Assembly: GCF_018977255.1 (NCBI RefSeq)
Contig: NW_024704743.1
Span: forward strand, 68,512,001-68,576,000
Origin: Callorhinchus milii
Lineage: Eukaryota
Direction of reading: 5' to 3'
DNA length: 64,000 nt
Part shown: piece by piece, positions 1 to 11,521 of the stretch
Numbering within the stretch: the first letter of the stretch is position 1
Layout of the letters: the number at the start of each line of letters is the position of its first letter
Notes under the pieces: generated by a model
Told to the model about the DNA's origin: nothing
The model's input: only the letters and a program-made list of their open reading frames with translations
Databases searched by the model: none
Made by a program: the position numbers and the translations under genes

Positions 1-246
1 TAACCTCCGCAATTCTTCTATACGATTAAAAACAACAGCAGCAGTCAGCGATAGTTTACAGTGATGTGCGAGACACAATGTGATTTGAGAGACGGAAGTA
101 TAAGTGCTGTATCTGGCTCCAAATCACTTTACTGCTGGAAGTAATGATGAAGTTGCTTACAGCAGCATAAATCTTCCAAGCGTCATACCAATTTCTACAA
201 ACACCTATGTTCTGCGCATTCATTATGTTAGTATTTTTTGTTTCAG

Positions 247-375
247 GTGTCTGCACTGTGTATAAAAACTACCCTCAACCTCCAGGATCAATGCTGACTG
301 GACAGTGAAATACTGGCTAGACCATGACCACAGTAGAAAAATGGGTGTTGTTTTAAACTGGGATTCTGGCCACAT
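247..375 (+). other. Candidate non-coding exon (129 bp)
   Basis: Acceptor TATTTTTTGTTTCAG| at 246 and donor CAT|GTGAGT at 375/376. All three frames contain stops. Confidence 0.3.
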
Positions 376-749
376 GTGAGTCATGCAGTTAATTATAGAT
401 TGTCGCAAAAAATCACTATTGTTATCTTCAAATTGCTGTTCATAATAAGACTGTCAAATAGACAGATGATGATGTGTAGCAATAGCATATTGCCTGAACT
501 ACACTACACATAACCATTACTTTGCCTTCTTTTTGCATCTAGTCCTGCTTTAAACCTGTGTTTTCTAATTCTGCTCTCATAATCTGAGTCAAATATCTTG
601 CTTACATTAACATCATCTATGCCTCTCCTCATCTCAAAGCCTTGGATAATGTCCCCCTCAATCTTTTTGTTTCTAATGAGAACACGTTGAATTCTGCAAA
701 ACTCTTCTCAAAACTCAGAACTTGAAATCTCCAAATAATAAAAATAGCA

Positions 750-1420
750 ATTCTTGTGTTTGTTACAGTGCCTTATCACATTGTTGAGACAACTTACGGA
801 ATCCACTGTAAAGTGTAGTGACTATGTATTTTGTAGGCGAATGCAGCAGTCAGTTTGCACACAGCAATGTGCCACAATACAGCCTTCACAGGTTATTGTA
901 ACGTGTGGTATCTGTGTATTTGTGCACAGGCCCTGCTCCAAGAGTGATACTTTTGTCAGACTGGTATCAAATGAGGCATTGATCACTGTTAATGTGTAGT
1001 AATAATAATCCTTTCATATGATATAGCACCTTCACATGTAATCAGAATGTTGAAAAGCACTTCACAGAATTTTACTGTGAAGTATAGTGACTGTGTATTT
1101 TGTAGGTGAACATAACAGCCAATTTACAAACAGCAGTGTCCCACAAATAGCTGTAAAGTGAATGACTAATTTTATCTGGAGGAATGTTGACCATGAGAAG
1201 AGGAGAAACTCACTCCAGTAAAATCTATTTGCTTCACTTAATGATAATAATAATCTTGTATTTTATATAATGTCTTATCACATTGTCGAGATGTCTTAAA
1301 GCGCTTCATAGGAGACTACTGTAAGGTGAGTTGACTGTGTACGTTTGTGAGTGAAACACGGCAGCCAACAATGCAATGCTACCCCAGCACTGCATTGGAG
1401 TGTCAGTTTAGACTACTTGA
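750..1420 (-). mobile_element. Cluster of three old DeuSINE-like 3' fragments
   Basis: Repeated degenerate CCTTATCACA...ACTGTAAAGTGTAGTGACTGTGTATTTTGTAGG blocks matching the reverse complement of the SINE tail seen elsewhere in the window. Confidence 0.7.
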
Positions 1421-1629
1421 TTCCAAGTGATACCACTTTTGCCAATCTGGTTAAAAGGCTGCAAATCTTAAACTGCCCAGCTCCTTAGGACATCCTCCTG
1501 CCGTGAAAGGCCCTATATGTAAATGTATATGGTATTGTAAATAATCTTCTTGCATGTCATTCCATGTGTATATATTATACATCTGCCTGGATGGTATGGT
1601 AGCTCAGCAATATATAAGATGTGTATAAT

Positions 1630-2370
1630 ATAAGGAATGCCTTCCTGTAAGTCATTTATGAATAGCATGAACAATAGGGGATTTATAATAATAATAATCC
1701 TTGCATTTGATATAGCGCTTTTCACGTCTTCTAGATGTCCCAAAACGTTTCACAGAATATACTGTAAAGTGAATTGACTGTATATTTGTGGGCGAACGCG
1801 GCAGCCAATTGCCCACAGCAATGTCCCACAAACAGTCATGGATGGAAAATGACCAATTTATTATTGTTTTTTGTTTTGGAGGGATTATTATTAGGTGTGT
1901 GGAGTAAGGAAACTTGCCCAAGGTTTCGCCCTGTGCCTGGAATTGAACTCAGGTCTCTCACTTGCAAAGCGAGTGCTCTAACCACTGAGCTACAGGACTC
2001 CACAAGGTCCATCAGATTTGATGAACTCTGAGTCATTATCTAGTTATCATTAACCTTTTAATTTCTATCACAAAGGTTGTTTACAATCTACCTACTTATA
2101 TTGCAATGCATTTCATAATGATACTGTGAAGGCTCACATGTGGAATTTACCAATGCCAGGTAAATGATAGCAATTGGATAAGGATCATTCACTAGTTTAG
2201 TTACTTCTTCGCTGAATGCCAATAATTTATGAGGCATGACCTTGTGCTTTTAAATCAATGTTGATTACTCTTTGTAACACCTATGTTCTTTGGATAAGCA
2301 TCAATAGCTGTTTTTCACCTGCAACAGATGTCAAGCTAGCTGGTCTATAATTTGTAAGCTCATGTATCCT
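1630..2370 (-). mobile_element. Degenerate CR1 LINE RT fragment, interrupted by the SINE at 1685-2002
   Basis: Minus-strand remnants NYRPASLTSVAG (~2350), QH.F...RSCL and EEVTKLV (~2190-2265), PLLFMLFINDLQEGI (~1635-1680). Confidence 0.75.
1685..2002 (-). mobile_element. Full-length young tRNA-derived SINE, short form
   Basis: tRNA-like head with A/B boxes, central GTGGGACATTGCTGTG..CAATTGGCTGCC block, L2-like tail and (ATT)n end. Near-identical to 47714-48032 and 62676-63007. Confidence 0.93.
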
Positions 2371-2426
2371 GGCTTTTTGTTAATCAGAATTTATTTATTT
2401 AAAACCTTTCTATCTTTCATTTTACT

Positions 2427-3285
2427 TCTAAGTTGGGGGGAACTGTAGAATCAGAGGAGGCAGTAAAGGTCCTACAAAAAGCGCTTGATAAGCTGTACAC
2501 ACGGATCAATAACTGGCAAATGCAGTTTAAAACTAATCAATGCAAAGTAATACATATAGGATCCAAGAATAGGAAACATAAGTACCCCATGGATGGGATT
2601 GAACTTGCCAAGGGGGAAACTGAAAGAAGATCTAGTGTATTAGTTCACTCGTGGCTCACTATTTCAAAACAGTATATGGCAGCATTAAGCAAGGCAAACA
2701 GGATGTTGAACTGTGTTGTTGAATCAGTTGAGGTTAGATCCCCAGACATCATTCTCAGGCTTATAGTGCACTGCTCAAATGGTACCTTAAATACTGTAGA
2801 CAGTCATTGCAACATAAGGGAGTGTAGAGGCCCTAGAGGTAGTGCAAAGGAGAGCAATGAGGATGATCCCCAGTGTTAGAGGAATGAGTTGTGACCAATT
2901 ATTAGACAAGCGAGGCCTCTTCAGTCTTGAGAGAAGATGACTCAAAAAGGACATCATAGAGATGTACAAAATCTTAAATGGGACTGAAAATGTAAATCCA
3001 GATCAATACTTTAGGATGTATCAAGACTGTACAATAAGAGGACATAGGTTTAGAGTTGTAAAAGGTAATTTCAGGACAGAGATACCAGGACCATTTTGTT
3101 TACACAGAAGCTAATCAATGACTGGAACAGGTTACCAGCAAAGATAAAATAGTCCGAGACACTAGACACTCATTTAAAAAGCAGTTTGATGCAGCAGTGG
3201 TGATAAATGGTGGGTATTCTGGAGGGATGAGATCAGATGGGCCGAAGGGCCTCCTTCATCCACATCAATCTTGTGATCTTGTGAT
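2427..3285 (+). mobile_element. Old CR1 LINE 3' fragment
   Basis: KLGGTVESEE...LQKALDKL...WQMQFKTNQCKVIHIG, KANRMLNC, RGHRFRV remnants. 3' end GATGGGCCGAAGGGCCTCC followed by (TCTTGTGA)2. Confidence 0.88.
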
Positions 3286-3309
3286 GACCCTCCACTAAGT
3301 TACTGGGGA

Positions 3310-3567
3310 AGCACTGTATTGTCAAAATGGGACTTTAAACTGAAGTCCCATCTGCTTGATCCTAAAGATCCATGACACAACAAGACAAGAGTTTTCATGG
3401 TATTCTGCTCAGCAATAATACAGATAAATTAATTACTCACTTTCAAGTTGTTAGTAAGACAATACTGTATGCAAATTGTCTGCTGCATTTATCTACACAT
3501 ACACCACAATTAACACAATCGTATATGAACAGTTTTGAAATGTTAGAGGCATTGTATAAAATGTAAG
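3310..3567 (+). mobile_element. Old SacSINE1-like SINE remnant
   Basis: Degenerate match to the body and tail of 10177-10615. Confidence 0.55.
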
Positions 3568-5394
3568 CTTTTTTACATAACATTTCACTTCTACCTCATT
3601 TATTTTTGTAAAGCACTTTGAGTTGTTGTGAAAAATACTTTCTGCATGCAAGTATTATACAAATTACACAATAAAAAGCCCTATTGTCTTTATACATACA
3701 GTATTTTACAGTATTATATATTTCCATACAAAAATATTGTTGTCTTCTTAGGATTTAAACAATGGATTATATCCTATGTGGACCACTAGCACCAATTTGC
3801 ATATATATAGCACCCTCGTGTAGGATAATGTCTTGGAGAACTTCACAGTGGGATGTCAAGATAGGAGCAAGGGAAGAATATTACTGTAAGCATGGTCAAA
3901 AAGGTAAGTTTTAAGGTGGGATTTGAAGACAGATAGAGAGGGGTCAAGGTGGAGGGATAGAAGCAGGGAATTCCAAAAGTTGAGGTGATCTTTAACAGCA
4001 GTAATTTTTCTACTGTGTAAAAATCCCATTTTAAAAACACGGTGAATTCTTGCTATTTTTAATCAACAGTGTATGCTAGCCAATGTTGTACCCTGTGTAA
4101 TGATGAATCTAACCTATTAGTATAGTGGGCAAGTGTTGTTCTTTGTAGATTGAAGGAGTGAAAGGTATAGATGACTCCAATCGCTAGAGCACAACTGAGA
4201 TGCAAGGCCCAGCTGACCCTCCTCTTACACACATAACAATAGTAAACAAGAAGATCATAAGAAATATACAAAAAAGGCATTTAATAAATTCATCAAAAAG
4301 AAATATGGTATAGTACATTATTCTGCTTCTGTTTTATGAATTTATGCATTAAAGTGGTCGATAGGGTCGATTATTTTGCTTATAATTGTTTATCCAATTC
4401 TCTTGCTCTCTCTTTCTCCATTGCTTTATGTGGTACTTCCTTTGGTCTTTCTCTGTCTGCTTGTCTGTATATATATAGAACTATCTGTGCTTCTTTCTTC
4501 ATCTCATTCACTATTTCAATGAACTTATGTTTATTCATGCAGATTCTGCTTCAAAGCACATAAAAGTGGATGACAGCTTTCTTTCATTTTTTATTCAATT
4601 ATCCAAAGACTATAATGAAAGCAGAATGCTGACACAGAATTTCAAATACAAAAATGCCTGAATTGAGGCAAAATCTGAATATTCATAATAATCTCAATTT
4701 CAGACCTTGCTGAGTACTTTCGTTTTTTTTCCGGTCAGCATTCCTGCTACCTAAAACTAGTGAGCAGTGTCAAACAATGTTGTTTTAAATCACCCACTAC
4801 TTCTGCAGTGCACCCAATTATTGTTTACATATATAAATACAAACTAGATGAATCTATTAAATCTCTATGTCAGTCAATATTTTAGCACTAAATGTGTTTT
4901 TTTGGTGACATTACAATTCTGAACTCTAATTGTCCTTGCTCTAACATGTGTTAAGTGCATTGCATAAACATCAGAAGATACTAAATCAAATACTGCATTG
5001 ATTGTCGTTTTTATAACAAGTGTTTCACTTTTGGTTATTCAGTGATAATGCCCGAGGTCAAAGGCTTCAGGGATTGCAACATATTCTGTCACTTCTGTGA
5101 CGCTGGTAAATGGATTGCCACAATAACCCTCAAATGCAGTCAATATTTATGTCCTGTAGTCAACGATCATTTGATTGAGTATTTTGTGGAGGTTATTTGA
5201 ATGGTGTTAACAATATATGTTACTTTTGAAATCTTTTGTTATTCATATTGCAGTTTTCGTGTCATCTTCACAATATCTTTTGCTCAGCTATCTCTTATTT
5301 TAATAAGTATAATCCTTATAATCTGTTGGAATCATTCATCTCAAATGGTTTTGATCCGGAGAAGCACATCATGTTGCAAGATATTAAAAATATC

Positions 5395-5625
5395 AAATAC
5401 AAAGGGATTTAAATGGTTTGGGAGGTTAGTCTGACAAGTGGCAGATCTCATTTAATGTGAATAAATGCAAAGTATGAGAATGTTACTCTGGAATATAAAA
5501 TAAATGAAAGTAGACTATAAAACACAGCAGATGGAATTGAGGGATACTGATTGCTAAGTCATTGAAAGAATCAACATAGTGTACAGCAGCATTAAAGAAA
5601 GCAACCAAGGTTTTACAGGGTATAA
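5395..5625 (+). mobile_element. Old CR1 RT fragment
   Basis: IQRDLNGLGG*SDKWQISFNVNKCKV and AALKKATKVL remnants. Confidence 0.7.
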
Positions 5626-5714
5626 CTATGGAAGTAGATCCGGGTGTGAGTTTGGCTCATTTGGCAGCAACTGAGTCAGACGGTTTGGATTCAAGCCCCA
5701 TGTTGGGACTTTAA

Positions 5715-6098
5715 ACTCATATGCCACTGCCTGTCCCCTCAGGCCACTGAAACCCTCATTCATGCATTTATTACATCTAGGCTGTAATACTCCAACTCCC
5801 TGCTTGTTGGCCTTTCCAACTCTTCCCTTCACTAGCTGCAGTTCATCCAGAACTCTGCAACTCATGTCTTCTCCCACACCAGGCTCCATGACCTATCACC
5901 CTCATCCTCATCCCCTAGAGGAGAGAGTCCTTGTCCTCACCTTCAAGGCCCTCCACGGGCTTGCTCCTTCCAACCTCTATGACCTGCTGACCCAATTGCA
6001 ACCTGTCCATTCCGTCCGCTCAGCAGGCTTCAGCCTGCTTCACGTCCCCCGCCCGGCCCACCCCACCATCAGTGCTTTACAAATGTAATTTGTTGTTG
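5715..6098 (+). mobile_element. Old L2 LINE 3' fragment
   Basis: ETLIHAFITSRL and VLVLTFKALHGLAPSNLYDLL remnants, (TTG)n tail. Confidence 0.85.
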
Positions 6099-7389
6099 TC
6101 ATTGGTCCAGGTTGAGAGTTCAATGCAGTTAGTGAGGAGAGCTGAATTCTGTGGGTGCCGTCCTTCAGTTGAGATTTTAAACTGAGATTTAATCTACATT
6201 AAAAACCTATGGCTCCATTCAAAAAGAGGAAGGCACTTTTCCCGGTGTCCTGGACAACAAGCTACAGGAACTGTAATGCTTATACTAGAGAAAAGATTCT
6301 AAGCACCAATAATAAACTGAATCTCAAAATTATATTGACATATCCAAAAACTGTGTAACAGGAAATCTTAATTATTTATAGATGAGATACAGTTACTAAG
6401 ATAATGGACATGTCTGGCAGTTCAGACCCCCTATGTAGACAATTATTTGTTCAGCTGAACCTTTTTGATTCATCACTACTTTATTTGCTTTGTTCCTCCA
6501 TCCTACCCCACATTTCCTATTTCTATTGACTATTACTGCTCACTTCCTCTAGACACACTTTCTGAACTCTTCTTCAGTTATTTACTTTGCCTGTTTCCCC
6601 CCTAATACAACCCACACTCTACTTTCTTTGCCTTTTATTACCCCACTTTATCATCCTCTTTGTGAAAGCAAGAGTGAAGGGAGACATTAAAATGCAATAG
6701 AGATGAAGCAGTATGTTCCATTTGACACAGTTCTGTCCCTTTACCTATTAATGCTCCCCCTTACTCTTAATCTCTTCTTCTTTGACCCACCATGTCCAAA
6801 CTCCATAAAGCATTTCTGTCTCTCTTGACCCATTCCATTCTTTCTTTAGGTGTGTTCTTTTTTCTTCCTTTGCTTGCAACTCTTCCCTGCCCCATCACAA
6901 TTAGTACATCAATAGAAATGTACAACCCACTATCAGACGGCAGAAATACAACATCTAGGGTGGCCCAAAGTAATTGAAAGCCAACCTGATCAAGGATAAT
7001 TCAACTGCTTTATCATTGAGTTCCTGATCTCAGTTAGAATGCAATGGAATGAATGCTAAACAGAGATCGCATACTGCTGGATTCCACTTTTGCAGCCCTG
7101 AAGACGTTGTTCCTTGCAGACCTGGCCAACTTTCCATGTCCTCTGAAGACAAACAGCTGACTGTTTACATCTGCGAAGCCTATGTTACACTCCCACCAAT
7201 CACAGTACAGTTTATCTAACGCAATCCACTTTAATCTAACAGGTATAGATAGGTAGGGCAACCAAGCACATGCATGTGAATTTGAATTACAGGCTTGGAT
7301 CCTATCTGGACCAGATGCCTTGTGGACATTTTATTATTTTGAACGTCTTTACGTCACATGATTTATTAACTTCTGGTTAGGTTAAAGAA

Positions 7390-7770
7390 GAAACTTGAAT
7401 TGTTGCATTACATCTTTTCATGTTGAAACACCTCAAAGCGTTTTACCAATAATTGACGTCAAGTGTAGTCTTGTGACTTTTTAGCGGCAAATATGGCAGA
7501 AAGTTCCCACAAATAACAATCGTTGAATGATTAGTTAATCTGGAGCCTTGTTGCCCAGACCCAGGCTTGTATTTTCAAACAGAGCTAAAGTACGTTTGAC
7601 ATTCACAAGACCAGGCAGACCTTACTTTAAAAGTCTAATCTGAAAGATACCATCTCCAACAATGCAACACTTCCCCATACTACACTAGATTGCCAACTTA
7701 ATCCTAAATTTAAACCGTAAACCTCCGACCCAGAGGCAAGAGTGGTCTCAACCAAGCCAATCTGACACAA
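7390..7770 (-). mobile_element. Old SacSINE1-like SINE, degenerate, near full length
   Basis: Reverse complement aligns by eye with head, body and tail of 10177-10615. Confidence 0.6.
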
Positions 7771-8270
7771 AAAAGACAGGTTTCATTGTGAAGAATGATA
7801 TAAAAAATTAATTTATATCTTCAGTTTCCTATGTAACATTTCTGTTGAGTATTTCTTTCCCAGGATTAACCTCATCTTAAACCCTGTATTCTTATCAACA
7901 GTGCACATCTCTTTTGTCCTTGTACCTCATCTAAAACTTTCTTTAGTTAATCTCAACTGACATTTACGTGATTCTAATCTCAACTATATTCTATTTCCAT
8001 CCATCTTTTAAATTATTTCTTAGTGAGTTGTGTTTACCTCTTTATCCGACCACTATGACGTGGGTCTTTATAAATATTTCACATTTTCTTAGAGGGTCAC
8101 ACTTCCTTTTCTACAGTTTCACGAGGAATAAACATATTTTTTCTTCTGTTTTTTATTGTTAATTTTCCCCATTGCTTTTCCTGTTTCATATATTGTGTTA
8201 AGAAGCATTGTATGTCATTGTGTGAGTGTCTCCCTGCCTCAGTTAGTAGCACTCTGTCCTCTGAATCAGA

Positions 8271-8424
8271 AGCGATCCGTCAATCGACTAACAACCGGGT
8301 TCCTATTTACTGCTAAGTAAACAGAGGCGTGTGGAGTAAGGAAACTTGCCCAACATTTCGCCCTGCCGGGAATCAAGCCCAGGACTTAATTTACGAGGTC
8401 TAACCACTAAGCTCCATGACTCCA
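8271..8424 (-). mobile_element. 5' half of young tRNA SINE, long form
   Basis: tRNA-like head plus the CTGTTTACTTAGCAGTAAATAGGAACCCGGTTGTTAGTCGATTGACGGATCGC segment. Confidence 0.85.
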
Positions 8425-9039
8425 ATGCTAGTTGTTGTTGTTGCCCTTAAGTTGCCTTTTACAACTCTAGACCTATGTTCTCCTATTTTCTTGTATGCTG
8501 TCATGATTCAACTTAAAGTATTGATCTGGGTTTAATTTTTCAATCCCATTTAAAATGTTGTACAGCTCTATCAGGTCCCCTCTGGGTAGTCTTCTTTTAA
8601 GTGTTCGTGACATTGCAGTGCTCCCTGAGTATTGTCATTTTAGATTATAATCTGAATTCCCACCAATGAGATTGCTACCAATTGAATCTGCCAACATTTT
8701 AAGATTACTCATTGCTACACTTACTGTTGTTAGCATCGCTTATTTTGTGTTAATTTCCATTATTTTGTTGTTTTATTATTTGCCAGATATCAACTCTTCT
8801 GCCTAGTTTAATAAATCTATCTTTACAAAACAAGAAAAGTACTTTTAGCTCTATCACTCAAAGCCATGTTTCTGTGATGCCACTGATATTGATGTTTTCA
8901 TTAGTGAATGTATATCTCTAACTCAAAATATTTAACCAAATGTCATCTTGTGTTCGTATAAACAGGTTTAAGTTTATCCAGTAACACCTTCCTAACCACT
9001 TAATCCCTCTGTCCTATTGATATTTGTATTGTCTTCTCC

Positions 9040-9505
9040 TTCCTCTGTGGTAGTCTCGATAATTTGGTTCGTGAGTCTGGCAGGTCCATAGTACTCCAAG
9101 GCACTGCTGACGACAGACCAGCCAGCCTAGTTCATCAGCCGGAGCTGGAGGGAACGACCAGTCATTGGATTCTTCTCACTCAGCTCTTGTTAACCTTGCA
9201 AACTAAAGCCCTAACAGGTAGGGTGGCCCCAGGCTGGAACCACATTGGGAAGTTTGTCAGACAGTGCTTTCATATGGCATGCTATATGGTTGGAGGGTCG
9301 GTTAAACTCCAGCACACTCTGAGGTCCCCAACCCTTGGCTCTTGCAAACTTGCACTTAATACTTTCTAGATTGAGGTAAGCAAGGAACATCTCTCCAGGA
9401 AGAATGGGTGCTCTCCCTTTTAGATACAGGGAAATTTACATGTGTAGGTGGCATAATATGTGGAACTCTGTCTGGTTGAACATGGTGATGGGTTTCTGCA
9501 TGTGT
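9040..9505. repeat. Unclassified dispersed repeat, copy 1
   Basis: Collinear diverged similarity with 17248-17705 (TCCTCTGTG, CTGCTGAnGACAGAC, CACACTCTGAGnTCCCCAAnCCTTG, AACATGGTGATGGGTTTCTGC). Confidence 0.75.
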
Positions 9506-10176
9506 CAAACACCTGGATGACCAAAAATACAAACAATGAAGTGTGTAGATTGTTTACAATTTTCTTTGTTTCAAACTGCAGTGTTAGTTTAGATCATTAT
9601 GGAACCAAAAGTTTTTTTTTACATATTTCTGATGCTTAACCATGATTAAAAATGGCAGATGTGTAACAGAACACCTGTGATAGCTGTTGATAGTGATTCT
9701 TGTCAATGGATATACACATTCTTGTCATAACTTGGTGATACGAATGATCAGTACTGTATCTCTCTTCTCTACCTTCCTTCCGTCACAACCAGTTGAAATT
9801 TATCTTTATCCTGTTGAACCCTACATATTCCATTTCTGAAGACTTGTCGTAATCTGAAGACTGAGCCAAAATTGCATTGGTTTTATTCCAAGAATACTGT
9901 TAGTAAAGATATCTCCAAATTATCCTAATTATGTACCATAATACACTATAGTCAGAATTAGAAATGTATGCAATTATTTGTGCAGATTATTAAAGAAGAT
10001 ATCCACCTATCTTGGAAACTGAAAAGGTATTTCAATTCTGGAGGAGTAAATAGTGGGGTGTATGTGGAATTTAAAACTTCTGCTAACTTATTTCTTCTCT
10101 CTCCCTCTCTTTCTTACTCCTCTCCCAGTAAAAGTGATACAATGAAGTATCACATTATCTTTGCTCTTTTATCTTG

Positions 10177-10615
10177 GGGGTGTCAGCCTTGCTCAATGGT
10201 AGCACTGTCCCCTCTGAGTCATAAGATTTTTGGTTCAAGCCCCACATCAGGACATTGAATCGCATTGTCTAAGGTGACACTCCAATGCAGTGCTGGGGGT
10301 ATGTTTCATTGTTGGCGGTTCTATCCTTCGAATGAAATTAACTCTAGGTCCCATCAGCCTGTTCAGGTGGATTTTAAAAGTTCCATGGCACAATTCAAAA
10401 AAAAGGAGTTTCCCTTGGCCAGTGAATCCCTCAATTAAAGATTGGTCACTCGTTCCATGGTTGTTTGTGGGACATTGCTGTGTGCAAATGGACTGTTGTA
10501 TTTTGGATTTAGCAAATACAGAGCAAATGCACAGTCAATCCACTTCACATGAGATGTCTCAACAACATGATAAGGCGCTATATCAAGTGCAAGTGCATGG
10601 ATTATTACTATTATT
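10177..10615 (+). mobile_element. Older SacSINE1/DeuSINE-like tRNA SINE, near full length
   Basis: Head GTGTCAGCCTTGCTCAATGGTAGCAC...CTCTGAGTCA...GGTTCAAGCCC, body CCTGTTCAGGTGGA...CCATGGCAC, GTGGGACATTGCTGTGTGCAAAT block, (ATT)n tail. Confidence 0.85.
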
Positions 10616-11521
10616 ACTCAGTGGGTAAACAATGACTGGAATAGATTGCCAGGAAAGGTGATTGAGGCCAGGACATTGGACTCATTTAAAAAAACAGCTT
10701 GATACTGTGATGGGAGGACAGTAAGGCTTGGTATTCTGGAAGGATGACATCAGATAGGTCTTTTACATCCAAATTAATCTTGTGATTTAAAACTATATAC
10801 CATATGTGGGCATGAATAATTTGTGATCTCAGTAAGACATGCTTGCTTGCCCTTCTTTCAGTTAATACAGTGGAAGGATTAACAGTGTATGGGATATTGT
10901 CTGTTGTATATTGTCTAGAAGCAGTCAGACTTTTAATTCCCTTCCACTCTGCCTACCTGGTGCTGTCACCAATTGTACCAAAAGATTAACAGGATGGTTA
11001 GGCTCTTTTCTCTCTTTCTGTGCTCCCTCCTCCATACAGTCACGTCACTCTAAGAGCTAACTCTATTTGTGTGAACAAATATAATGATAATCCTTGCCTT
11101 TGATTTAGCACCTTATCACATCATCAAAACATTTCAAAGTGCTTCTCAGATTTAGTGTAAATTGTCATGTTTTGCAGGTAAATGCAGTCACTAATTTGCA
11201 CATAGCAATGCCCCACAAACATCCATGAAGTGAATAAATAATTTTGTCTGGTCAAGACACTGGGATGACTGGGGTCAAGACATATAAGCATTTTATCTGG
11301 TCAAATTAATCTTTTTCTCCCCTCTCCCAAGGATACGATAATACGAGGAGGGTTAACAGTTCAAGTGCACCAAGATAAAGTATATTATGTGGAACTTCAT
11401 CAGGTATATGTCTCTCAGTCATTCCCTTATGAGTTGCTGGCAATAAGGAAAATAAGCCGCCAGTGATTTATGTGATACCAGTAATACCACAGTTACAAAA
11501 TATATGCATAACGTGATATGA

